26,943 nucleotides of DNA from a virus (taxonomy: Duplodnaviria; Caudoviricetes). A program made the translations under genes and the position numbers. Positions 16,156 through 25,125 of this stretch are shown piece by piece (the stretch's first letter is position 1; each line of letters opens with the position of its first letter). Below the pieces are notes generated by a model. It had not been told where the DNA came from. It did no database searches and worked only from the letters and a program-made list of their open reading frames with translations. The stretch spans positions 1 through 26,943 of the IMG/VR virus record IMGVR_UViG_3300022178_005848; one strand, written 5' to 3'.

Positions 16156-19100
16156 TCCTGAAGGGGCTACTCAACAAGAATATAATGCTTCTCAAGAAGT
16201 ACTTATTCCAATAGTAAATTCTACTTCGGAATTTGATTCTATTACTGATCAAGTAATATTCTCTGTTGAGACTGTTACGGGGGATTTGCTAGCTAGTAAA
16301 AAAATATCTAATTTTAATATTAGAAATTATAAAAATACCACAGATGAAGAAAATATATCTTCTGTTGTAGTATTCCCTATCCAAAATATTAAGGAATTAG
16401 ATTATAATGAGGGAGTATATAATGTCTATTACAATTTTTACAAATCCGCTTTAAAGTCTGATCAGTATAGTTATTTTATCCAAACTATTTCTCCTAGTAG
16501 AACAGAATTAAGGATTTCAGTTAATAATGTGCCTAATGAAGAAGTTGAAACCCTAACTCAGAATTTTAGTTCTTCACTAGATATAGAGGGACTATTTAAA
16601 GATTTTTATGTTGAAATAGGGGGTTCTTATTATATAGCTAATAATATATTACTAGATACTTCTACCGAAGAGTATAGTATTTTACTTAAATTATATCAAC
16701 CTCTCCCTCCTTCTATTAATATTGATGATCAATTACAAGTAGTATTTGAGTCTGCTGAAACTGTAGGGTTTAATATTAATTTACCTCCTTCTCCTATTAT
16801 AATTGAGGACGATGTACAACATATTAAAGGTCCTAATTTTAGTTACCAACTTTCGGATCAAGTTAATAATTCTACAGAAGAGCAGGATTATAATTTATTA
16901 ATTAATAATACTCAATTAACCTCTTCATATAACGAATTAGAAAACATTCTAAATCAGAAGGGTATAACTGTTAATGTAGATTATACTAATTTTGATAATT
17001 TTATCCAATTTAGTTCAGCTGAACAAAGGCTGTTAAATTTTTATTATAAAGTAGGGCAGATTGAATCTTATAACAATAACATAAGTTCCTTATTGGAAAT
17101 CTCCTCCCCAGGGGGTACCGTATCTTCATCAGAAGCTTCTTATCAGTCTCAAATAACCGAAATTATCCAAAATTTTGATGGATACGAAAACTATTTATAT
17201 TATACATCAGGGACTTTAGCTTATCCTAAATCTAATTCTATCCAACCGTATAATCTACAATCCACAGGTAGTTTAGAGGTATTAGAGTGGTTGGGTAGTA
17301 ATAATGAAGATAGCATATATTATGGAGGTATATTAAATTCAGCTTCATACTATGATGATGAAAATCAGGATAATTTATGGAATACTGTTCCTACTTATTT
17401 AAGAGAAGATCCAGCTAATTCAGGGTATGAATTGTTTTTAAATATGATAGGGCAACATTTTGACATCCTATATTCATATATAAACACATTAACTGATAGG
17501 TTTAATGCTGATAATAGGTTAGATTTTGGAATTTCTAAAGATTTAGTAGCAGATGCCCTAAGAGGGGCAGGATTAAAATTATATCAAAATAATTTTTCAT
17601 CAGATGATTTGTATTCAGCTTTATTAGGTATAAATGCTTCCGGAAGTTTACTGCCTCCTACAGGATCTGAAGTGATTACTAACTATGTTACCTCTTCTAA
17701 TGTTGCTTATCCTTTAGAGAATGTAAATAAGGAAACTTATAAACGTTTATACCATAACTTACCTTATCTTCTAAATAAAAAAGGTACAGTTGCAGGTTTA
17801 AGAGCACTTATAAACTGTTTTGGGATCCCCGATACTATTCTAAGGATTTCTGAGTTTGGGGGTAAGGATAAGGATAATACGAACGATTGGGATTACTTTC
17901 AAGATAGATTTAGTTATTCTTTATATGCCAACTCCTCGGCACAAGTAATTGCACCTTGGACTTCCTCCCTATTCAGTACTGAAGATGCTCCTGATATAAT
18001 ATTTTTTAGGTTTAAAACAGATGGGGTTAGAAACTCAGAACCCCAAGTTTTACTACAAAAAGATTCTTCTGATCCTTCAATACCTGATTTTAGATTAATT
18101 CTCCAACATACAGGATCCGGAACTTTAACTAGTGGATCATATTCGGGATCAATTCAAAGTCAAAGTGCAGATTATGGCACTTTAGAATTTTCTATTGGAA
18201 ATCCTGCTGCCGGAATTTCATGTTCTCTTAACCAACCCTTTTTTAATGGGGATTGGTGGAGTGTAGGTATTTCTAAAACAAGATATGAATATACTTTATT
18301 AACGGGTCAAAACATATATGATGGAGATGATGGGTTTGAAATTGGGTATTTTACTTCTAGTATTACACCTAATGGGGGTGTATCCACCTCAAATAACTCT
18401 TGGTATAATTCTGGGAGTTTAAAATTAGGAAATGAAATACCTATAACTGTCCCCTATAATGTAAATAATACTCTATTTCAGGGATATTACCAGGAATTAA
18501 GATTTTATAATGATCCTTTATTTTATAGGGATGGAGATGTAGAGAGGGTATTTAAGGATTTTGTTATGAATTCTACTTCATTAGAAGCTAGATCACTAAC
18601 CGGATCAAATTCTTCATTCAATAGTTTATCTTTTAGAGCGGCTTTAGGAAACGAACTCAGAACATCAGGGAGTTTATACATCCCTAATATGGATATTACG
18701 GTTTTTGAGGGGGGACTCCCAGTAAATGTGCCTTTTAGTTTACCATTATCTGATGATGGATTCTTATCCGCTTTATCAATCCACCCTGCAGTTACTGCGA
18801 GTTCGGCTTTATTAATTAGTCAGTCATTTGGGAATAATAGTGAATATACAATTTCCGCTTCTGTAAGTCCCGCTGCTTATTTAGTGGGAGAAAAAGATTT
18901 TATTTATTATGATCAACCTGCAGTTGGGATTAAGAATAGAATTTCAGAAAAAATCAGACCTTCTGATTTAATTCTACCTTCGGGAAATACTTTATCCCCT
19001 TATAGAAGTGTTCAACAAAACTCCCCAAAGAAAGAAAACTACACACTAGATACAAATTATGTTGAGATTGCATTTTCTCCACAAAATGAGGTTAATAACG

Positions 19101-20881
19101 ACATAAATTCTACGTTGGGATACTTTAATATAGGTGAGTATATCGGAGACCCCCGTCAATTGTCCGAGTCCGTTGATTCATATCCTGACTTGGATAAATT
19201 ACGCGATACTTACTTTGAGAAATACTATACTAACTACGATTGGAAAGATTATATAAGACTTATTAAGTACTTTGATAATTCTCTCTTTAAAATGATCAAC
19301 GATTTTATTCCTGCTAAAACAGGATTAGCATCAGGAGTAGTTATAAAACAACATTTACTTGAAAGAAATAAAGTAACCCCTCCACAAGTTACCTATTCCG
19401 AACCTTATTATACAGGATCTATAGATACAGCATTTATAAGTGGAGGTACTGGAGGCACATTTAATGAATTAAATAGGAATTTTTCTAATGCTGCTACCCT
19501 TATTATGAGGGAAGCTGAATCTTATGTAGTAGATAGGTCAAATTTGGGTAGTACCGTAATTAATGGGTTTGGAGCTTCCTTTGGTAGTTATGGAATAACA
19601 GGAAGTGATAATGGACTTGAAGTTCAAGAGGTAGGACAAACTACTTATCCTTTTATAAATACTTTACCCATTCCTGTATATTTTGATTTTAGCTTAGAAG
19701 GAACAGTTTCTGGGAATAATTTAAATGAAGGAGAAATCCAAATATTTTCAGATCTTAGATTTACTACAGGATCTAATAAATATTTAGATAAACGAAATGC
19801 CGGAGCTATATATTCGGCTTCATTAGGAGATATTTCAGTAGGTAATTCTATTTCAATTAGTGCTACCAATTTAATAATATACCCTAATGAGCGTCTTTCA
19901 ATAGCCATTAGTGATTCGGATAATAGTTCTGAAGATATTATTCCTTGTAGTGTAACTTTTTCCCCTACTTCGACAGTTTATGATCCTACCCTAAATAGTC
20001 AAATATGGTCATCTTCAGTAGATACACTTGTAGGCCCTCAAACTATACTTAATTCTTCTCAATATGAATTTTATAATGGAGAATTTAGCGGAAGTGAAGT
20101 TTTAGTTACTGATGGAGAATTGACTCTTCCCCCTCCTTCAGTAGGAATTGAAGATCATATAGGATTATATAATGCGGTTAGGGGATGTGTATTTGAACCT
20201 GAGTATTTAGCCCCTAATGAAGGTCTAACTTCAATAGATGGGTTTATGCAAATATTTTGGCCCTTATATGAATTCTCAGATTCTACTCCTGAGGGGTATG
20301 TAAGAAATCCTGCGGCTACCCCAGTCCAGATAGCATTTAGAAATGATGATAGTGGGAATTATAATAATAGTGAATATTTTAATTACCTTTCCTCAGGGGA
20401 TACCATTACTTTAAGGCAAAAAAATCTATCTCAAGCAGGGATGCTTCACCAATTTACTATTGGGGGTACTTCAATATTAGAAACAGGTGGGGGTACCATA
20501 AAATGGTATGTATTCACTATTTCAAATTACTTACCTAGTACTAGTCCTTTTAATTTAGTTGGTGAATTAATAACTACCTATGGTAATCCACCTTATTTTA
20601 TGGGTATTAACTTTGAACTTATGGTTGATGCTTCAGTAATAAATCAAGAAGCCTTCCCGGATATTAATCCTATACTCAATAATGCCCCTAATAATAGATT
20701 ATCTGCTATTTATCAAGATGTAGATTATGCAAATAATTTTATAACCCCTGTGAATTTTAATTTACTTTTAAATGGAGTAGGTTCTAAGTTTCCAATTCCT
20801 GATTCAAACTATAGACAAAGAGGATGGTCTAATGGTAGGTATAACGGTAGTAGAAATAGTTCAACAGATTTTAATAAATAA
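16130..20881 (+). CDS. Large baseplate wedge/tail protein (gp7/P2 gpI-like core with inserted beta domains)
   Basis: 1583 aa; VPTYLRED...FLNMIGQHFD, LNKKGTVAGLRALINCFG and later KMINDFIPAKT; LamG-like stretch (FFRFKT...FNGDWWSV...FQGYYQELRFYN). Confidence 0.6.
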   Translation: MITLTPLANPEGATQQEYNASQEVLIPIVNSTSEFDSITDQVIFSVETVTGDLLASKKISNFNIRNYKNTTDEENISSVVVFPIQNIKELDYNEGVYNVYYNFYKSALKSDQYSYFIQTISPSRTELRISVNNVPNEEVETLTQNFSSSLDIEGLFKDFYVEIGGSYYIANNILLDTSTEEYSILLKLYQPLPPSINIDDQLQVVFESAETVGFNINLPPSPIIIEDDVQHIKGPNFSYQLSDQVNNSTEEQDYNLLINNTQLTSSYNELENILNQKGITVNVDYTNFDNFIQFSSAEQRLLNFYYKVGQIESYNNNISSLLEISSPGGTVSSSEASYQSQITEIIQNFDGYENYLYYTSGTLAYPKSNSIQPYNLQSTGSLEVLEWLGSNNEDSIYYGGILNSASYYDDENQDNLWNTVPTYLREDPANSGYELFLNMIGQHFDILYSYINTLTDRFNADNRLDFGISKDLVADALRGAGLKLYQNNFSSDDLYSALLGINASGSLLPPTGSEVITNYVTSSNVAYPLENVNKETYKRLYHNLPYLLNKKGTVAGLRALINCFGIPDTILRISEFGGKDKDNTNDWDYFQDRFSYSLYANSSAQVIAPWTSSLFSTEDAPDIIFFRFKTDGVRNSEPQVLLQKDSSDPSIPDFRLILQHTGSGTLTSGSYSGSIQSQSADYGTLEFSIGNPAAGISCSLNQPFFNGDWWSVGISKTRYEYTLLTGQNIYDGDDGFEIGYFTSSITPNGGVSTSNNSWYNSGSLKLGNEIPITVPYNVNNTLFQGYYQELRFYNDPLFYRDGDVERVFKDFVMNSTSLEARSLTGSNSSFNSLSFRAALGNELRTSGSLYIPNMDITVFEGGLPVNVPFSLPLSDDGFLSALSIHPAVTASSALLISQSFGNNSEYTISASVSPAAYLVGEKDFIYYDQPAVGIKNRISEKIRPSDLILPSGNTLSPYRSVQQNSPKKENYTLDTNYVEIAFSPQNEVNNDINSTLGYFNIGEYIGDPRQLSESVDSYPDLDKLRDTYFEKYYTNYDWKDYIRLIKYFDNSLFKMINDFIPAKTGLASGVVIKQHLLERNKVTPPQVTYSEPYYTGSIDTAFISGGTGGTFNELNRNFSNAATLIMREAESYVVDRSNLGSTVINGFGASFGSYGITGSDNGLEVQEVGQTTYPFINTLPIPVYFDFSLEGTVSGNNLNEGEIQIFSDLRFTTGSNKYLDKRNAGAIYSASLGDISVGNSISISATNLIIYPNERLSIAISDSDNSSEDIIPCSVTFSPTSTVYDPTLNSQIWSSSVDTLVGPQTILNSSQYEFYNGEFSGSEVLVTDGELTLPPPSVGIEDHIGLYNAVRGCVFEPEYLAPNEGLTSIDGFMQIFWPLYEFSDSTPEGYVRNPAATPVQIAFRNDDSGNYNNSEYFNYLSSGDTITLRQKNLSQAGMLHQFTIGGTSILETGGGTIKWYVFTISNYLPSTSPFNLVGELITTYGNPPYFMGINFELMVDASVINQEAFPDINPILNNAPNNRLSAIYQDVDYANNFITPVNFNLLLNGVGSKFPIPDSNYRQRGWSNGRYNGSRNSSTDFNK

Positions 20882-20886
20882 AGAAA

Positions 20887-22362
20887 ATGGCATTACCACC
20901 TCCTTCAAATCCTCAATCTCAAGTAAATGCTTCAATTGAACAACAACAGTTGAATAATTTTTTGGGCCCCGTAAACGGTGCCTTAGGAGGATTACCTGTG
21001 GCTGAAAGGAATCAAAGTTATTTTGCTGTTTTTATAGGAACGGGAGGTACAGGTCCCGAGATTATAGATCAAACCGCTGTGTTTATTACTTATCTAGTTG
21101 ATGAAAATGGTAATGTAAGTAAACCATCAGAAGATTATGATTCTTTATATAATTTAATTCAAAATTTTGAAGTAGGGAAAAATGCTATCGTTAGAAATGA
21201 TGCACCTACTGCTTTAAATGGTAATATAGCAGGGAACCATTTAATTACTGCTATTGGTAGACAACAACCTATTTTATATACTCAAACCGGATCAAGTGAG
21301 GGGGCTAATGTAATTACTTTGGATTTTTTTTCGGAAGTAAATGATGTTGATATTCCTCGTATGGAGGGGAACATGGTACATGGAGGATTTAATTCTACCA
21401 ATGTGGGGGATTGGAATGTAGTAGATAATTATAACACCCCAAACTCCGATCCTGATGTAACTGCTGCAAATTATAATTCAGTCGAAGGTACTTATACTGT
21501 AAACTCAGCGGGGATTGGAGCAACTCAAAATTTAACATTTAAAGTGACTGCACAATTTCAAAATGACTATTATGCCTCTATACCCGTATTATTACGAATA
21601 AAACGAGATGCAACAGTTATTGCTGCTGCAACTTATGTAGTTCCAGGATTGAATTTTGGGCCGGATGCGATTGGTGACACGGTTGGATTTGGATTTTTAA
21701 ACACGGGAGCTAATCCTCTTGAAATTATACAAACATCTGCGGATTTTGGAAATGATCCTATAGGTAACGATCCTGTATATACTGTTGATGTATATTTTTA
21801 TTTGGACTCGATAGATGTAACATTTCTCCAATTCGAAGTCATTAACCAAAATCCATCACCTACCCAACCTGTAGTTACTAGTTTTTGGCAAAATAATAGT
21901 GGTAACAATTTATGGCTAACCGCCTCAAATGATCTTTCTATTAATTATAATAGTGTGCCGGGCCCCACCCAGGAATGTTTAGATTTTAACTTTTCTCCTA
22001 TAGAAACTCCTTTTAATGTGCAAGTAGGGGATAGAATAAGATTTGAATATAACCCCAATACTGAGTATTTGGTTTATGAAGTAATCGAACCTCCATCAGA
22101 TAATGAGGGTTTATTAAGATTAAGATTAAATGCTCTAATCCCCCATTCAGTTAATTTAGATAATTTTGTTTTACATAGGGTAAACACAAATGACCCTGCT
22201 TATATAATTTTAGATGTAATGAAAAATGATTTAGTAGGAGATATTCAAAACTTTAATGGAGTAATTTTACCCGAATATCCCACTAAAAGATTAAAAGATA
22301 ATTTAGATAATATTATTATTGATTTAAAATCAAGAGGAATAATAACTGATAATGAAAACTAA
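20887..22362 (+). CDS. Hypothetical beta-rich baseplate/tail protein
   Basis: 491 aa, N/V/T-rich and acidic; within the tail operon. Confidence 0.65.
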   Translation: MALPPPSNPQSQVNASIEQQQLNNFLGPVNGALGGLPVAERNQSYFAVFIGTGGTGPEIIDQTAVFITYLVDENGNVSKPSEDYDSLYNLIQNFEVGKNAIVRNDAPTALNGNIAGNHLITAIGRQQPILYTQTGSSEGANVITLDFFSEVNDVDIPRMEGNMVHGGFNSTNVGDWNVVDNYNTPNSDPDVTAANYNSVEGTYTVNSAGIGATQNLTFKVTAQFQNDYYASIPVLLRIKRDATVIAAATYVVPGLNFGPDAIGDTVGFGFLNTGANPLEIIQTSADFGNDPIGNDPVYTVDVYFYLDSIDVTFLQFEVINQNPSPTQPVVTSFWQNNSGNNLWLTASNDLSINYNSVPGPTQECLDFNFSPIETPFNVQVGDRIRFEYNPNTEYLVYEVIEPPSDNEGLLRLRLNALIPHSVNLDNFVLHRVNTNDPAYIILDVMKNDLVGDIQNFNGVILPEYPTKRLKDNLDNIIIDLKSRGIITDNEN

Positions 22363-22371
22363 AAAATACTA

Positions 22372-22379
22372 ATATTTAT
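22372..22379 (+). promoter_or_regulatory. ATATTTAT putative late promoter motif
   Basis: Intergenic; a variant ATATTTAC follows at 22386-22393; ATG at 22399. Confidence 0.55.
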
Positions 22380-22398
22380 AACCACATATTTACAAACA

Positions 22399-23058
22399 AT
22401 GGGATATTTAAATAATTCGGTAGTAACAGTAGATGCTATCCTAACAAACAAAGGCCGAGAGCTTTTAGCAAGAGGAGATGGTTCTTTTCGAATCACTCAA
22501 TTTGCTCTCTCAGATGATGAAATTGATTATACGTTATATAATCCAACCCACCCTTCAGGAAGTGCTTTCTATGGTCAAGCTATAGAAAATATGCCTTTAT
22601 TAGAGGCTTTTCCTCAAGAAACTCAAAATTTAAGATATAAAATGGTAACTTTACCTAGGGGTACTGCAAAAATGCCAGTACTTGATTTAGGTTTTTCTGA
22701 GGTTACTTTAAAGCAGGGTGCTTCATTAGCTATTACACCACAAACTCTTAATTACTTAGGTAATAATCAAGTATTTGAAGCAAATGGTTATACTGCTACT
22801 ATAGCTGATGTTAGAGTATTAAATACCTTTAATGGTGTTGGAATACAGACAGATGCTGCTAGAGCATTAAATCAGACTGAAACTCTTGGAACTAACGTTT
22901 CACAAACTGTTGTAGGTACTACCATTAATTTAACTGCTACTACCGTAAATACTTTATTTGGAATTAATTCTTCAATAAGTACTACTTTACAAATTGTAGG
23001 TAGAGATAGTGGAGCCCGAATTACAATCCCCGTAAGAATAACACAAACTAACGCATAA
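22399..23058 (+). CDS. Baseplate/tail-fibre attachment protein (DUF3751 N-terminal-like motif)
   Basis: AILTNKGRELLA...ITQFALSDDEIDY. Confidence 0.6.
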   Translation: MGYLNNSVVTVDAILTNKGRELLARGDGSFRITQFALSDDEIDYTLYNPTHPSGSAFYGQAIENMPLLEAFPQETQNLRYKMVTLPRGTAKMPVLDLGFSEVTLKQGASLAITPQTLNYLGNNQVFEANGYTATIADVRVLNTFNGVGIQTDAARALNQTETLGTNVSQTVVGTTINLTATTVNTLFGINSSISTTLQIVGRDSGARITIPVRITQTNA

Positions 23059-24095
23059 TGTCATTTAAAGCCTTTGAACCCGACGATTTTTTAATCAGTG
23101 CCGATAGTATTACTGCTGGGGCATGGGTTAATAATACCCCTACATTAACAAATTTTTTTACCTCTTCAATACAAGAAGGTTCAACTAGTGGTAATTACTA
23201 TTTAAGCATATTCCAAACTGGATCTAATTTAGAAGGTGCAGCAGTCCAATTTAATATTGCCTTTGGAGATTCAGCAGGATCAGGATCGGTTTTATATGAT
23301 GTAGGAATTAATGGGAAATCTTATACTTCAACAGTATTTGGTCAATGGCAAAATATTGTTTTAGGAGATGAAAATAATAATTTTACTTTTGGAGGTGTAA
23401 CTCCTGTTACTCAAAGTTTTTATGCTATAGCTGTAGAAAGAGCTAACTATAAAGGAAGTATCTTTCCTGGAACTTTAGATCTAAGAATTAGTGGTTCTAA
23501 TGAAATTAGACTTACTGATAATAGTAATGATGTTTCTACTATAATATATAATGAAGCAGGAAGAGTATTTCAAATAGTTTCGGGATCTGCAGGAAGCGCA
23601 ATTACCTCAACAGATTCAGCACCTAATGCTGTGGCTCCTGGAATGACCGTATCGGGTTCTTATGGGTTATTTTTACCTGATGTAGGAGCTATTATTTTAA
23701 ATGCTGCTGCTTTAGATTTATCTGCAGTAGACGGAGGTTCAGTATTAGGAACTTTATATGATTCCGATACTGCTAATGATAATAATAATTTATTATACAA
23801 CGCTATTTCTTCTTCAGGTAATTTTACATTAAACAGTCAAGAAAATATAACTTCAGACTATGTTTTTGTAAGAGCACGAAATAGTGAATTTAATTATTCA
23901 GAGAATCCTTCATTTATATCAGGTTCAACAGGACAAGTACTTTATAATAGTTTTATAAATGCTCCTCAAACGTTTCTTACTACTGTAGGAATGTATAATG
24001 ATACAAATGAATTAGTAGCGGTTGCTAAATTAAGTAAACCACTTCTTAAAGATTTTACAAAAGAAGCACTTATAAGAGTTAAGTTAGATTTCTGA
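23058..24095 (+). CDS. Baseplate/tail-fibre attachment protein (DUF3751 C-terminal-like motif), paralog 1
   Basis: C-terminal EFNYSENPS...TFLTTVGMYNDTNELVAVAKLSKPL. Confidence 0.6.
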   Translation: MSFKAFEPDDFLISADSITAGAWVNNTPTLTNFFTSSIQEGSTSGNYYLSIFQTGSNLEGAAVQFNIAFGDSAGSGSVLYDVGINGKSYTSTVFGQWQNIVLGDENNNFTFGGVTPVTQSFYAIAVERANYKGSIFPGTLDLRISGSNEIRLTDNSNDVSTIIYNEAGRVFQIVSGSAGSAITSTDSAPNAVAPGMTVSGSYGLFLPDVGAIILNAAALDLSAVDGGSVLGTLYDSDTANDNNNLLYNAISSSGNFTLNSQENITSDYVFVRARNSEFNYSENPSFISGSTGQVLYNSFINAPQTFLTTVGMYNDTNELVAVAKLSKPLLKDFTKEALIRVKLDF

Positions 24096-24098
24096 TGA

Positions 24099-25121
24099 AT
24101 GAGCTATTTAAAAACACTTACTACTTTAGATGTAATCATAACCCCATTTGAGGTTAATAAAGCTTTTTCCTTCTCAGGGGAGAGTGAATTAACTGGGTCT
24201 AATGTAGAAATCGATAGGTTTTTAGGATTAAAAATAACAGGATCAACATTTCCCTCAGCTAGTGAACCTACAACAGGTCAAATTTCTACTGAATATCAGA
24301 GATTAATATATGATTCTGTTAAAGAATTATATTATTCTAATAATATAGGAGTAAATGGAGAAAATTATCCATTAGGGGCACCCTCCGCAACTTCTAGTTT
24401 GGTTCCTGGGGTAGATGTTAATGGGGATAGATATATAGGAGCCTCATCTTCAACATCTCGTTATTGGAATTATCCCCAAACTACTTTATCTTATAATAGA
24501 TATTTTCCAACAAGTTCGGGGGATATAATTGGGGTTATATCTATACCTTCTAAATTATACGGAAGTAATATACAACCTAATTCTTTTATACTCTCATCTG
24601 AAAGTGGGAGTATAACGGATGATGGGGAAGGAAATTTAATATTGAATAGTGATCCCTCTCTAATATGTGGAAATATAATTTACCCCCAAGGTATAGCTAT
24701 TATTACAAATGGTTATGATGATGTAGCTTATGGACAATCAGCCTATGGTTTAAGTATATATGGGGGTATAACTGAAACTGGTGATAATATTAATAATTTT
24801 ATTACCTCTAGTAATGCTTCAGTTTCATTTTCATCTTCATTTGATATTTTTGAAACTCAATATAAATGTACTATCAGGGCTAATGAATTTAATTATTCAC
24901 TAAACCCAAGTTTATTAACTACATTTGGTCAAGATAAAATCCTTACCTCGGGGAGTAATACTTACCAAAAATTTGTAACAGGGCCTGATTTTAGCCCTTA
25001 TGTTTCTACAATTGGTTTATATAATGAAAATCAAGATTTAATTGCAGTAGGAAAATTATCTCAACCTCTTCCTACCTCACAAACCACAGATACCACCATA
25101 CTTATAAACATAGATAGATAA
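24099..25121 (+). CDS. Baseplate/tail-fibre attachment protein, paralog 2
   Basis: C-terminal EFNYSLNPS...PYVSTIGLYNENQDLIAVGKLSQPL; IQPNSF..ITDDGEGNL parallels IFPGTL..LTDNSN in paralog 1. Confidence 0.6.
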   Translation: MSYLKTLTTLDVIITPFEVNKAFSFSGESELTGSNVEIDRFLGLKITGSTFPSASEPTTGQISTEYQRLIYDSVKELYYSNNIGVNGENYPLGAPSATSSLVPGVDVNGDRYIGASSSTSRYWNYPQTTLSYNRYFPTSSGDIIGVISIPSKLYGSNIQPNSFILSSESGSITDDGEGNLILNSDPSLICGNIIYPQGIAIITNGYDDVAYGQSAYGLSIYGGITETGDNINNFITSSNASVSFSSSFDIFETQYKCTIRANEFNYSLNPSLLTTFGQDKILTSGSNTYQKFVTGPDFSPYVSTIGLYNENQDLIAVGKLSQPLPTSQTTDTTILINIDR

Positions 25122-25125
25122 TATC

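Noticed and set aside
2538-19908. Minus-strand ORFs (2538, 4522, 7224, 8499, 10850, 12761, 13457, 19645)
   Set aside because: All are antisense to well-supported plus-strand genes, short, and lack recognisable motifs.
24093-24101. TGA-TGA-ATG in frame between the two paralogs (possible readthrough fusion)
   Set aside because: Double stop; both genes have parallel N-termini (MSFKAF / MSYLKTL) and look complete.
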